A stretch of 32,000 bases of DNA from assembly GCF_000018465.1 (NCBI RefSeq), contig NC_010085.1, positions 1,530,001 to 1,562,000 of the forward strand, in the 5' to 3' direction. The notes under the pieces are model-generated. The model was given only the letters and a program-made list of their open reading frames with translations. It was not told where the DNA came from and searched no databases. The position numbers and the translations under genes were made by a program. How positions within the stretch are numbered: position 1 is the stretch's first letter; each line of letters begins with the position of its first letter. The stretch comes from Nitrosopumilus maritimus SCM1 (GTDB lineage: Archaea; Thermoproteota; Nitrososphaeria; Nitrososphaerales; Nitrosopumilaceae). Shown here one piece after another: positions 1 through 9,423 of this stretch.

Positions 1-44
1 AAAACATTCTTACCAATTATAACCATAAGATGGTGTTGTAAACT

Positions 45-1619
45 GTGAATAAATCAAAATATCTAATCATTATTGCCAGTACAATAGTGCTAGCAGCAGT
101 CGGATTATACGCCTATGATGAATTAATAGAAGACAAGGAATCCAAAATACAAGAGACTCGATCAGAAATAACAATACAAACAGAACCTGAATCAATTGAG
201 ATTGTAGAGCTTACAGGAACACCACTGGATAACTATTCTCCTGAAGAACGAGATCAGCATTGTGGTAAATCAGATTTTAAATCAACTCGATATATTGAAG
301 AGTTTGAGATCCCTACACCTTGTACTCAACCTCTTTCAATAATTACAGACTCTGAAGATAATGTATGGTTTGTTCAATCAAATACCGGAAATGTGGCAAT
401 GTTTGATCCAATAACAAAAGAATTTGTAGAATACCAAAATGATCAATGGAATTTGAAAACGGCATCAATGATGTGGGGAATAACAATAACTGAAGATAAT
501 GAGATATGGTTTACAGATGAAACAAATGATTACATTTGGAGGTTTTCAATTGATGACAAGACATATTCAAAAATAGACTTTCCTAGTGAAATAGAAAACG
601 CTTTTCCACAAAAATTAGAATATCATAATGGATATTTCCTGATAAATGATTTTACAGGAAATCGAATTGTAATTTTAAATCATGAAAATTTGGATAATGG
701 AGAAACAGAGTATGCAGTAATTGCAACACCCTCAGGATTCTTTACTAGTCAGACATCCGTTGATGACGATGAAAACATTTGGTTTGTGATCTGGAAATAC
801 CAAAAAGAAGCAATTTTGATTAAAACAAATTTTGAAACACGCGAAACTGAAAATTTCATTCTTCCATCTAGCATTAGTGCACCAAATGGAGTTTCAGTTG
901 GGCCTGCAGGAAATGTGTGGATTGCAGATACTGCAAGTAGTTCATTTTACAGATTCAGCCCAAATGATAACAAAGTAATTGAATTTGTTACATCTGATGC
1001 ACCAATATGGACATTTGGAAATTCGTCAGGATTGATTAAAACACCAATTACTAGACCGTATTGGAATTCATTTGATTCAAATGGAAACATGTGGTTTAAC
1101 CAACAAACAGCAAATAGATTAGCGGTGTTTGACCCTGTTTCAGAGTCATTATTAGAGTACGATATTCCGTCTAAAAATCCGGGATGGGCAGATTGTGGAG
1201 AACTGGTAGACTGTGGGACAGCACAAAGTTTTGATTTTACAGTTCAAAACGGGCAGGTTTGGTTTACAGAATGGGTTGAAAACAATATCGGGGTTTTAGA
1301 TACCTCAGTAGACATTCCTGTAACATTAGATGTAGAACAAAATGAGATTGAGATTAAACAGGGTGAGCAGAAGAAAATCTTTCTTACAATAAAGCCACAA
1401 GAAAAACAAAAAGTGGAATTATTTTTATCTACATCTACCAATTCGGAATTGATTGGAACAGAAACAAATACAGAACCCATATCAATTTCAGAACAAAGTC
1501 AAATTCCAGTCACAATACTTGTTGATGAAAATGCACATCAAGGAGATTATAAAATTCTATTAAGTGCACATCTTTTAGATGTAGTTGTATCAGAATATGT
1601 TACAGTCAAAGTAATTTAG
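45..1619 (+). CDS. Membrane-anchored or secreted Vgb/NHL-like beta-propeller protein (streptogramin-lyase-like) with a C-terminal Ig-like domain
   Basis: GTG start at 45. Hydrophobic N-terminus (YLIIIASTIVLAAVGLY) followed by repeated 'D..NVWFVQ / ENIWFV / GNVWIADT / GNMWFNQQ / QVWFTEW' blades typical of Vgb-like propellers. C-terminal ~100 aa beta-rich tail. Confidence 0.8.
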   Translation: MNKSKYLIIIASTIVLAAVGLYAYDELIEDKESKIQETRSEITIQTEPESIEIVELTGTPLDNYSPEERDQHCGKSDFKSTRYIEEFEIPTPCTQPLSIITDSEDNVWFVQSNTGNVAMFDPITKEFVEYQNDQWNLKTASMMWGITITEDNEIWFTDETNDYIWRFSIDDKTYSKIDFPSEIENAFPQKLEYHNGYFLINDFTGNRIVILNHENLDNGETEYAVIATPSGFFTSQTSVDDDENIWFVIWKYQKEAILIKTNFETRETENFILPSSISAPNGVSVGPAGNVWIADTASSSFYRFSPNDNKVIEFVTSDAPIWTFGNSSGLIKTPITRPYWNSFDSNGNMWFNQQTANRLAVFDPVSESLLEYDIPSKNPGWADCGELVDCGTAQSFDFTVQNGQVWFTEWVENNIGVLDTSVDIPVTLDVEQNEIEIKQGEQKKIFLTIKPQEKQKVELFLSTSTNSELIGTETNTEPISISEQSQIPVTILVDENAHQGDYKILLSAHLLDVVVSEYVTVKVI

Positions 1620-1737
1620 AGTTACAAATTTTGAACACAGGATATTGAGAGTAGTGTCAACACAAAAGTAGATTCCGAATAAATAAAATTTTTATTTAGA
1701 TTATAGCAAATTAGGTATGAGAATGATCTAACTAAAA

Positions 1738-2256
1738 ATGGAAAAACAAAAAATAATTGGTATTATTTCAATTGTAGTAATAGTTGTAGTGATTGGCTAT
1801 TCTTTGTTAAATGTATATGCATTAGAACAATTAGAATTTAGTGGAGTAGATAATATTTTTAGATTTTTTGAAATGAGTACAGTAAATGGAAAAATAAATA
1901 TCTGCAATAATACTTTTCTTCCAGCAAATTTTAATCAATTTAACATTTTGATATATTTCGAAAGGGAGTTATTAGGAACTTTTACAGTAGATTCTACCAA
2001 CATCATGCCTGATTCGGTTTTTGAGGCAAATGGAAAGTATATGTCATCTTCAATGGCTCAATCTCAATCACTTTTCATGCATTTTGATCATCTATTTAGT
2101 AACAGTGACAATACTATCAGAATTGATCCTAGGAAAATGGATGTAGTGATGCAATTTCAAACAACAATAATAGGAATACCATATTTGGTTACAGAGCAAC
2201 ATACTGCATTTGATTTTTGGAATATGTTAAATGATGAAAATAATTTATCGTGTTAA
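1738..2256 (+). CDS. Hypothetical protein with single N-terminal TM segment, LEA/water-stress-like beta domain possible
   Basis: 172-aa ORF with N-terminal TM segment (IIGIISIVVIVVVIGYSLL) and an extracellular-looking region. Confidence 0.65.
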   Translation: MEKQKIIGIISIVVIVVVIGYSLLNVYALEQLEFSGVDNIFRFFEMSTVNGKINICNNTFLPANFNQFNILIYFERELLGTFTVDSTNIMPDSVFEANGKYMSSSMAQSQSLFMHFDHLFSNSDNTIRIDPRKMDVVMQFQTTIIGIPYLVTEQHTAFDFWNMLNDENNLSC

Positions 2257-2269
2257 TGTTTTAGAAAAA

Positions 2270-3424
2270 TTAGTCAGGTCTTTTCTCTAACAAGATATCT
2301 TTGAAAATTATCTTATCATCACGTAAAATTTTCAAAGTAGTAGTATCGCCTACAGATTTTTCCTTTTGTAAATGAGTTATAAGATCATCAACCTTTCTTA
2401 CCTCAACATCATCAATTGCCAGAATTACATCACCTCCTAAAGTGTATTGTATTCCATTTTTTTCTATAATTTCAGATGATCCCATTAAATCAGATTTATC
2501 TGCAGGACCATCTTTTACTACATTCATTATCATAATACCTGTTGCGTCTTCTAGTTCTAAAATATCAGCAATATCAGGAGTGATGTTTATGCTAGTAATA
2601 CCAACCCAAGGATGGTTGTATGAACCGTCTTTAATCAAAAAAGGGATGATTTTGTTTACAGTATTTGATGGGATCGCAAAGCCTACACCAGAAAAGCCAC
2701 CATCACGAGAATATATTGCAGTAGTTACTCCCACCACATCTCCTTTCATGTTTAGTAATGGGCCTCCTGAATTTCCTGGATTAATAGCTGCATCAGTTTG
2801 AATCACATCAGGAATAGTAAAACCAGAATTTTGCGATGGAATCAATCTACCAATTTGACTTACAATTCCAGCAGTCATAGAACCAGATAATCCATAAGGA
2901 TTGCCAATTGCTGTGACCCTTTCTCCTACTTTAATCGAATCAGAATTACCTAGAATCAAAGGATCAAGAATAGATTCATCAACATTTATTTTAATTACTG
3001 CCAAATCAGAATATGCATCAGTACCAACAACTTTGGCGTTATATGATCTTCCATCAATAAATGTCACAATTATTTTCTTTGCATTTTCTACAACATGGCT
3101 ATTAGTAATGATATTTCCTGTGTCATCATATACAAAACCTGATCCGACTCCACCAGAATTTATTATTGATGATTTTGTTACTGCAATGCTTACAATTCCA
3201 GATTCAGATTGTTCAAAAATTTGAGTAAGAGACAAATTATCAGGGGAATTCTTGATAGATTTGTCTCTTACTTCGGAATCTAGGATCTCAGAGGATGTGG
3301 TTTCAGCAGTTACATTCACGATTCCAGGAACGAATGAAGCAGAAAAGATCGTCGCAACAAGCACAACTGCCGAAACTATAGATAATCCTCCAAGTGAAAT
3401 CTTTGATTCATACATTTTTACCAA
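2270..3424 (-). CDS. HtrA/DegP-family trypsin-like serine protease with one PDZ domain, membrane anchored
   Basis: Motifs ITNSHVVENA (His), YSDLAVIKI (Asp), AAINPGNSGGPLLNMKGDVVG (Ser), then a PDZ-like C-terminus (GIMIMNVVKDGPADKS...GGDVILAIDD). N-terminal TM segment. Confidence 0.93.
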   Translation of the reverse strand: MVKMYESKISLGGLSIVSAVVLVATIFSASFVPGIVNVTAETTSSEILDSEVRDKSIKNSPDNLSLTQIFEQSESGIVSIAVTKSSIINSGGVGSGFVYDDTGNIITNSHVVENAKKIIVTFIDGRSYNAKVVGTDAYSDLAVIKINVDESILDPLILGNSDSIKVGERVTAIGNPYGLSGSMTAGIVSQIGRLIPSQNSGFTIPDVIQTDAAINPGNSGGPLLNMKGDVVGVTTAIYSRDGGFSGVGFAIPSNTVNKIIPFLIKDGSYNHPWVGITSINITPDIADILELEDATGIMIMNVVKDGPADKSDLMGSSEIIEKNGIQYTLGGDVILAIDDVEVRKVDDLITHLQKEKSVGDTTTLKILRDDKIIFKDILLEKRPD

Positions 3425-3566
3425 TCCAAATTGAATTTATTTTTTCTAGTAGATAGAAAAAACATAAGGGAGTTTATTTTGTTGTTGTTATTACGTTTAC
3501 GAAAATTAGTACAACAAACAAACAATTTTTCAAATAATTAGATTAGCATAAATTCGTGATAGAAAT

Positions 3567-4310
3567 ATGCTAAGCATGAGACAAAAATTAACTGCAAAAG
3601 TGAATAGTGAAACGATACAAAAAATTCTAGAATCAACAGATCAATTCAAAACAGTGTCAGAGATAAGTACAGAATGTAAAATTCCAAAAAGTACAACATA
3701 TCGTAAAATTAAATATCTTCAAGAAATAGGAATGCTAGAAGTAACAGGGTTTATTACAGATGGAGGACGAATTAACAAATACAAGTGTGGAAAATTGTTA
3801 AGATATGGAAAGTACAACCCCAAAGTAAAAAAAATTCTTAGTATTATTACATCAAATCCAGGTATATGCTATAATGAATTACAAGAAAGTTCAGGAATAC
3901 CAAATGGCACTCTGAGTCATTATGTATCTAGTATGGTAAAAGACTCAAAAATCATTGTTAAACGTACATCACGTCGTTCATGGTTTTTTCTTCCTAATGC
4001 AAAACCATCAGAAATTAACCTAATAATTAATCTACGTAAAGAGACAGGTAAGAACATTCTATCATTTCTATTATTGAATGGTTCTTCAACATTTTCAGAC
4101 ATACAAAAATCTACAATTAAAGCACCTGCTACAATTTCACTTACCATTACTCACTTAGTAGAACTTGGATTAGTTAGACGCATACCAGGAACTCGTCCAA
4201 AATACGAATTAACAGATAGAGAACTTACCTTTGAATGTATTAAAAAACTTGAGCCAGATACTTCAGATAGACTCAAAGAAAGATTTGCAGACACATTTTC
4301 ATATTTGTAA
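3567..4310 (+). CDS. Multi-winged-helix HTH transcriptional regulator
   Basis: Repeated wHTH-like segments (TVSEISTECKIPKSTTYRKIKYLQEIGMLEV; CYNELQESSGIPNGTLSHYVSSMVKDSKI; TFSDIQKSTIKAPATISLTITHLVELGLVRR). Confidence 0.8.
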   Translation: MLSMRQKLTAKVNSETIQKILESTDQFKTVSEISTECKIPKSTTYRKIKYLQEIGMLEVTGFITDGGRINKYKCGKLLRYGKYNPKVKKILSIITSNPGICYNELQESSGIPNGTLSHYVSSMVKDSKIIVKRTSRRSWFFLPNAKPSEINLIINLRKETGKNILSFLLLNGSSTFSDIQKSTIKAPATISLTITHLVELGLVRRIPGTRPKYELTDRELTFECIKKLEPDTSDRLKERFADTFSYL

Positions 4311-4531
4311 TTGCTCTTGTTTGATTAATAGTATCATAACAATTCAAACACATCATTGAAATTCTGAAGAGTTTTGTTTACGGGTTTAGAGTTGTATTTT
4401 TGCAACGCATATCTTACATATTGAACGGTTTGTAAAATAAAGATATTTTTTTCATGAAATGTAATAGAAATTATTTTTGTAAAAACAGTAAAGGACAAAA
4501 GACGTTTAGATGAAGAAATTGTTTAGTTTTA

Positions 4532-4915
4532 CTAGTCTGATCTAAATATTCCAATTACAAAAAATGAAAGCATTGTAAATATCAATCCATGAGTAATCAA
4601 AGTGTCAACATCAGGCGTAGGTGGGGTATGAGATAATATGAACGAAACAATTGAGAATAATTCCACTGTAGTAATTGTGGCAAATGCGCATAATACCAAA
4701 AATAATCTCGTAGTTTTAAATTCAGAATAAGTAATCAATGCAACTATACTAAGGAACAATCCTAAGAGAGCAGAAGATATGTGAATAAATATGTGAACTT
4801 TATTTTCATCAGTAAAATTTTCACTGGTAAGTGGAATAAGAATTACTAATCCTATGAGCACTAAAATTCCAAGAAGTTTAAATTTTGATTTATTATCTAA
4901 TGTTGAAACTTGCAA
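4532..4915 (-). CDS. Small integral membrane protein (4 predicted TM segments)
   Basis: 127-aa hydrophobic ORF with about four TM stretches; no recognised family. Confidence 0.6.
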   Translation of the reverse strand: MQVSTLDNKSKFKLLGILVLIGLVILIPLTSENFTDENKVHIFIHISSALLGLFLSIVALITYSEFKTTRLFLVLCAFATITTVELFSIVSFILSHTPPTPDVDTLITHGLIFTMLSFFVIGIFRSD

Positions 4916-4988
4916 TAAAATTTAGACACCATACAATTAATTAAACTAATTGAAGTTGTTAATTGTTTTATGGTTCTACTATTTTTTG

Positions 4989-6710
4989 TCAAGTCTTAAT
5001 TTGAAAATTTGTAACATATTTTGTTTTAGATAGTACAACAATAGAAATTAAAATAATTGCAAGAATAATTGAAACACCTAATGGAAATTCAGGTGCAACG
5101 TTAACTGCAATCTCAACATATTCATCAGTACCACCAATATTTTCAATTCTGATTGTGACATCACCAGCCTCTTTTTCAACAAACACAAAGTTCTCAAAAG
5201 TTCCTCCACCAGTTGCAAGTCCAGATTTACGGTGAATTTCAGTACCATTCTTGATTAATACAAAATCATAGGCAATATCACCTGTTGTTAAGCCAGTATC
5301 TTTTTGATAAAAACTCATTATGAATTCAGATTCACCAAGACTCAAAATATTTGGAAACCATGTAAGATCAACCAAGTATTTACCATTAGTTGGATTCGAT
5401 GCAGAAACACTTTCAAGCACAATTGGAAATTTGGCATTTTCAGGCTCATTTATCGCTACTAAAAAGTTGACATTTGCCAATGAAAATCCTTCAATTTCAG
5501 ATATTCTGAATTTTATTGTTCCAACATTTTCAGGAGAAAAATTGTATTGAAAACTGTCTGTCTTGCCAGTATTTACGCTGCCAGAAACACGTTTGTTGAA
5601 TATAGTATTTTCATTTTGAATTAGTTCTATCCCATATTCTATATTTTTATTAGTTTTATCAGTGAAAATTTCATCTGTTTTTACAAAAAATGTAACATCT
5701 TCTCCGGGAGTAATTACTTCAGGTTCCCAAGACAGAAAAACTCTATATCGATAATCAGGTGTAACTGCTTCTAATGGAAATCCATCACCTTGACCAGGCC
5801 CTAACTCAAAATACATTTGTGAATCTGATTTTTGTATTGCATGTTCTTTGATTTGATTTAGATCTTCTCTGTTTAATACCATGTGTACTGTTCTTCCATC
5901 AAGAGAGTAATCATCAATTGTAACAACTTCAGCAGGTAATAAAATATCATTTACCTTTGCTTCATATTTTGTGTGAAGTAACTCTGAAAATTCTGGAGCA
6001 ATACGTACTTCTTGATGCACTACGCTTAGTTGCTCAAAGTCTTGATTCCAATCAAAGGGCATAGAAAATGATATCATATTTGAATCAAACTTAAAATTAT
6101 TGACCGAATCAAAATATGAAATTACATTTACGTTATGAGTATTTTCTTTTGAATCGGTTACTTGGAAAGTATTATGTTCAGCAAGACTAATTGCACCAAC
6201 TAACTCCATTCGTTTGTCAAGGAAATTAAAATCAGAGTCGACAGTAAGAATTTCTACTTTATATTCATAAAGACCTCCAGAATCAAAGATAGGTCCAGTC
6301 ATTATCACAGGTTCTGTTGCAGTTCTCATCCATGACTCAATTGCAGGGGATTTATCACCTATAACCTTGATTTCATTTGAATTATCATAGATTGTTTTAA
6401 TTGTTAAATTTCCCAAATCGTCATGAAACAGTTTTCTAAAAATTTGCTTACCGTCTTTTATCATCTCAAATGCATAAGTTACATGTTCTACAGCAGCTTC
6501 ACTTTTTGCATTTTTGAGGTTGATTGTAATGTATCGTTCAGGATCTTCTACATCAAAAACTGAGGGGCTAATATCAATAGATAATATCACATCACGTCCA
6601 TCTAGAGTAACGGGAGGATGAGTTTCTCCACCTAATCCATGTCCAAATGCAGTAGGAACAAAGCTAGAGGCAACAATTCCCATCATAAAAATCAACAAAA
6701 ATTTTTTCAT
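4989..6710 (-). CDS. Secreted envelope protein with PEFG/PEFP-type C-terminal anchor; paralog of the 13991..15379 product
   Basis: Signal peptide (LLIFMMGIVASSFVPTAFGHGLG). C-terminal NVAPEFPLGVSIILAIILISIVVLSKTK. Extensive similarity by eye to the 462-aa product. Confidence 0.8.
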   Translation of the reverse strand: MKKFLLIFMMGIVASSFVPTAFGHGLGGETHPPVTLDGRDVILSIDISPSVFDVEDPERYITINLKNAKSEAAVEHVTYAFEMIKDGKQIFRKLFHDDLGNLTIKTIYDNSNEIKVIGDKSPAIESWMRTATEPVIMTGPIFDSGGLYEYKVEILTVDSDFNFLDKRMELVGAISLAEHNTFQVTDSKENTHNVNVISYFDSVNNFKFDSNMISFSMPFDWNQDFEQLSVVHQEVRIAPEFSELLHTKYEAKVNDILLPAEVVTIDDYSLDGRTVHMVLNREDLNQIKEHAIQKSDSQMYFELGPGQGDGFPLEAVTPDYRYRVFLSWEPEVITPGEDVTFFVKTDEIFTDKTNKNIEYGIELIQNENTIFNKRVSGSVNTGKTDSFQYNFSPENVGTIKFRISEIEGFSLANVNFLVAINEPENAKFPIVLESVSASNPTNGKYLVDLTWFPNILSLGESEFIMSFYQKDTGLTTGDIAYDFVLIKNGTEIHRKSGLATGGGTFENFVFVEKEAGDVTIRIENIGGTDEYVEIAVNVAPEFPLGVSIILAIILISIVVLSKTKYVTNFQIKT

Positions 6711-7364
6711 TTAAATTACCTCAAATGAGTTCAAAATTGAATTAAAGTCTGATTTTTCTAGTTCAGTTAGATTTTCAGGAGATTTGCCAGAGTATTGAAT
6801 CATGTAGAGTTTGTTGTCTTTTAGAAATAATAACTGTTCAGAAAAACTATCATCAGTATTTTTCTCACTATCAAAAGAAACTATTGCCCAATCATTTGAT
6901 TTTGATATGCGTTTAATTGGAATTTTAATCTCTTCTGAGTTCATCATATCAATTTGTTTAGATATGTAATTCTCCAGTTGAAAGTTTTTTGACTGTACAT
7001 CAAAAACAGAAACTAAAAAGCGTCTATCAGAGTCTTTATCTAGATAAATTCCATCAACATATCCTTTTGATTTTAAGTAAGCAAGTTCTTCTGTACGTAT
7101 AGTTTCTGAAGCTACTCGAATATCCCATTTATCATTTGGTTTTGATAATTGAAATGATAACTCACTATTATGATACATGTTATTTTCAAGAAATGATGGT
7201 TGTTTGGGATCAAATATGGTAATTTCTCCAAAACTAGACATTATTGTAATGCCAGAATCATCATAAGAAAATTGTGTAAAAAGCACCATCAATCCTGCAG
7301 TCGATACAATGACTGCAATGATTAAAGATAGTCTAACAAGTTTTACTTCTTTGGAAATATTCAA
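6711..7364 (-). CDS. Hypothetical protein with N-terminal TM segment and extracytoplasmic domain (PsbP-like possible)
   Basis: 217-aa ORF directly abutting the 573-aa ORF and 2 nt from the cupredoxin ORF, same strand. N-terminal TM segment LSLIIAVIVSTAGLMVLF. Confidence 0.65.
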   Translation of the reverse strand: MNISKEVKLVRLSLIIAVIVSTAGLMVLFTQFSYDDSGITIMSSFGEITIFDPKQPSFLENNMYHNSELSFQLSKPNDKWDIRVASETIRTEELAYLKSKGYVDGIYLDKDSDRRFLVSVFDVQSKNFQLENYISKQIDMMNSEEIKIPIKRISKSNDWAIVSFDSEKNTDDSFSEQLLFLKDNKLYMIQYSGKSPENLTELEKSDFNSILNSFEVI

Positions 7365-7366
7365 TT

Positions 7367-8377
7367 TTACACAGGACTCGCTTTTCTTTCAGGATAATTA
7401 TAAGTAGGTTTTTTTCCTTTCATATATAGCACTATAACTGCCAACATAATTGCAGGAACTATAATCATTGCTACGGCAATCTCATAATAAAATTGCAAAG
7501 TATCTCGAGGTTGTACAATTTTTTCAGTAGTAGTTTTCTTTTCATAATTTTCATAAACCATAGCTGTAAAATCTCCTAATCTAGCAGTGGCATCAGGTCC
7601 AAGATTGATTTGTGTTTCTGCTACAGAACCATAAGGTTTGATATTTGATATTTTAACAATGATAGGGCCTGGTTCTTCAAATATCCATTGTCGGTAATCC
7701 CCACCCGCACCTGATACTGCGCCTTCATCTTTGTATAACACTTGATTATTTTGTAAAATAGCTATATCATATTCTAACTTTCTTAATGGCTGATCATATA
7801 TTGCATCATAAAAACGATAGATGAAGTTTGTTTTTTCATGGGTTTTAATGACTCGAGGTTCCCATGAAAAATTAATTTCAATTGAACCATCAGGAGTTAT
7901 AAGAAATGTAGGGAACTGTTCATACTTTTTTCCTGTAGCATCATGGGGATAATCAGGAATAAATGGTTTCACAAAAATAATTCCTTCCATCCAGGGATGA
8001 ATTACACAAAAGTAATTGTAATCTCCAGCTTTTTCAAATGTATATGACCAAGACTCGTCTGGCATAAATCTTAAACTATCAAACAGTCCATCAGGCTCAC
8101 CAAGATTCTTGGCATCCATCCAATCAAATCTTCCTGCACCACTGCCACTGGTAACTGTATGCCCTTCTCTATCATCATTTACCCATGTTACAGTATCCCC
8201 TTCAACAATAGATAATTCAGGTGGATCATACCAAACTTTAGCAGGGGTATTTAGTTCAGGATTAAATGCACCAAAAGGAATACTTACAACAAAATCCTCA
8301 GCAAAGGAATTTTGTATGTTTCCTGTAAATAGAAAACTTGTTGCAACAACAAACAAAATGAAAAATTTTTTTTGCAT
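7367..8377 (-). CDS. Plastocyanin-like (cupredoxin) protein with an extra beta domain and C-terminal TM anchor
   Basis: Signal peptide. Type I copper motif GDTVTWVNDDREGHTVTSG...YNYFCVIHPWMEGIIFV. C-terminal TM (FYYEIAVAMIIVPAIMLAVIVLYM). Confidence 0.9.
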   Translation of the reverse strand: MQKKFFILFVVATSFLFTGNIQNSFAEDFVVSIPFGAFNPELNTPAKVWYDPPELSIVEGDTVTWVNDDREGHTVTSGSGAGRFDWMDAKNLGEPDGLFDSLRFMPDESWSYTFEKAGDYNYFCVIHPWMEGIIFVKPFIPDYPHDATGKKYEQFPTFLITPDGSIEINFSWEPRVIKTHEKTNFIYRFYDAIYDQPLRKLEYDIAILQNNQVLYKDEGAVSGAGGDYRQWIFEEPGPIIVKISNIKPYGSVAETQINLGPDATARLGDFTAMVYENYEKKTTTEKIVQPRDTLQFYYEIAVAMIIVPAIMLAVIVLYMKGKKPTYNYPERKASPV

Positions 8378-8510
8378 ATGTTCAAAAACATGATTTTGAC
8401 TCTAATTAATTATCATATTGTTTTATCATTGTACTAGTGTTTCTCAAATTCTTACACGTGCTTGTCTTACATTGTTTAATGTTTGAGAATTCAAAATATT
8501 CTGTAATGAT

Positions 8511-8746
8511 GTGATTGCAATCGTTTGCACTGCATCAATATTAACCGCTTATGTATTTTGGCATGTTGCGCCTGCAAAAGTTGCTGAAACAGTAAAAATT
8601 ATTGAAATACAGAAGCAGGATGTATTGCAGAAACAAGAGACGGATTTGCAGTAAATATTGGACCATGTGACGCAGAAGAAGGTGATTACATCATGGCAAT
8701 GATAGATACAAAGGTAAAGGAAAGAGAAGCTGCCATGAACACTTAA
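8511..8746 (+). pseudogene. Frameshifted small membrane-protein gene (apparent -1 shift near 8600-8620)
   Basis: Frame A from GTG 8511: MIAIVCTASILTAYVFWHVAPAKVAETVKIIEIQ..., stop at 8652. The adjacent frame continues EAGCIAETRDGFAVNIGPCDAEEGDYIMAMIDTKVKEREAAMNT*, ending at 8746. Neither half has a complete ORF of its own. Confidence 0.5.
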
Positions 8747-8787
8747 AATCATAGGATTTTAGGCGTGAGTTTTATTCAAACATACAA

Positions 8788-8979
8788 TCAAGAGACTTTT
8801 TTTGTGCTATCATGTCTTGGTTGAGTTCTAAGTTTTACACCACAACATGGACACCGTAATGTAGGTATTTGAAAAAATCCCTCACAAACACTACAACGTT
8901 TGAATCCATTTAGATATTTATTTGATACAGCAACAGATGAAATGAATTCATTACAAACTCCTTTGCATCTATATGGCAC
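8788..8979 (-). CDS. Small zinc-ribbon/zinc-finger protein
   Basis: 63-aa ORF with CKGVC and CSVC...CPCC cysteine motifs (MPYRCKGVCNEF...FKRCSVCEGFFQIPTLRCPCCGVKLRTQP). Confidence 0.65.
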   Translation of the reverse strand: MPYRCKGVCNEFISSVAVSNKYLNGFKRCSVCEGFFQIPTLRCPCCGVKLRTQPRHDSTKKVS

Positions 8980-9019
8980 AAATATTTTTTTGTAGAGTCT
9001 AATTTAAGACAAGTGAATA

Positions 9020-9041
9020 TTTTATTGTTGTACTAGTTTTT
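9020..9041. repeat. 22-nt direct repeat copy 1 (TTTTATTGTTGTACTAGTTTTT)
   Basis: Identical 22 nt at 9020-9041 and 9350-9371, each upstream of a minus-strand small gene. Confidence 0.7.
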
Positions 9042-9069
9042 CGTGAATTTTTTTAAAATATAATTAAGA

Positions 9070-9273
9070 TCAAGTTGCCAACTCTGGCTTGATGTGCCAT
9101 ACTATTCCTAACATAATAAAGGGAATTGATATGATTCCAATTATCCCCAATATAGTATAGAAAGCAGATTCAGGGATATCAGGATTGTTAACAATCCAAG
9201 GTAATGGAAGTGTTACAATTACCCAAATTATTGCAAGTAAAATTATTGTTTTTGTTTTTCTATTAAAACTCAA
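9070..9273 (-). CDS. Small two-TM membrane protein
   Basis: 67-aa ORF with two hydrophobic segments (TIILLAIIWVIVTLPLPWI; AFYTILGIIGIISIPFIMLGIVW). Confidence 0.5.
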   Translation of the reverse strand: MSFNRKTKTIILLAIIWVIVTLPLPWIVNNPDIPESAFYTILGIIGIISIPFIMLGIVWHIKPELAT

Positions 9274-9349
9274 TTGGTAAATTTGTAATCAGCAGTTATT
9301 AATTTTATACGTTTTGTGTTAAAAAAATTTAAAGAATTAATTTTGTTTG

Positions 9350-9371
9350 TTTTATTGTTGTACTAGTTTTT
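9350..9371. repeat. 22-nt direct repeat copy 2 (TTTTATTGTTGTACTAGTTTTT)
   Basis: See copy 1. Both contain the TTGTACTA core found at other intergenic sites. Confidence 0.7.
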
Positions 9372-9423
9372 TTAATTTTTTTATTTTATGTTATACGTTA
9401 AATATACAACAATACAACAAAAA

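Noticed and set aside
2442-3224. 119-aa and 107-aa plus-strand ORFs antisense to the HtrA-like gene
   Set aside because: Antisense to intact protease motifs; proline/serine-rich shadow translation.
8109-8393. 94-aa plus-strand ORF antisense to the cupredoxin gene
   Set aside because: Overlaps the copper-site coding region; no independent protein-like signal.
8549-8752. 67-aa minus-strand ORF in the gap between the cupredoxin and zinc-ribbon genes
   Set aside because: Cys/Ser/Phe-rich shadow of the better-supported plus-strand frameshifted gene remnant.
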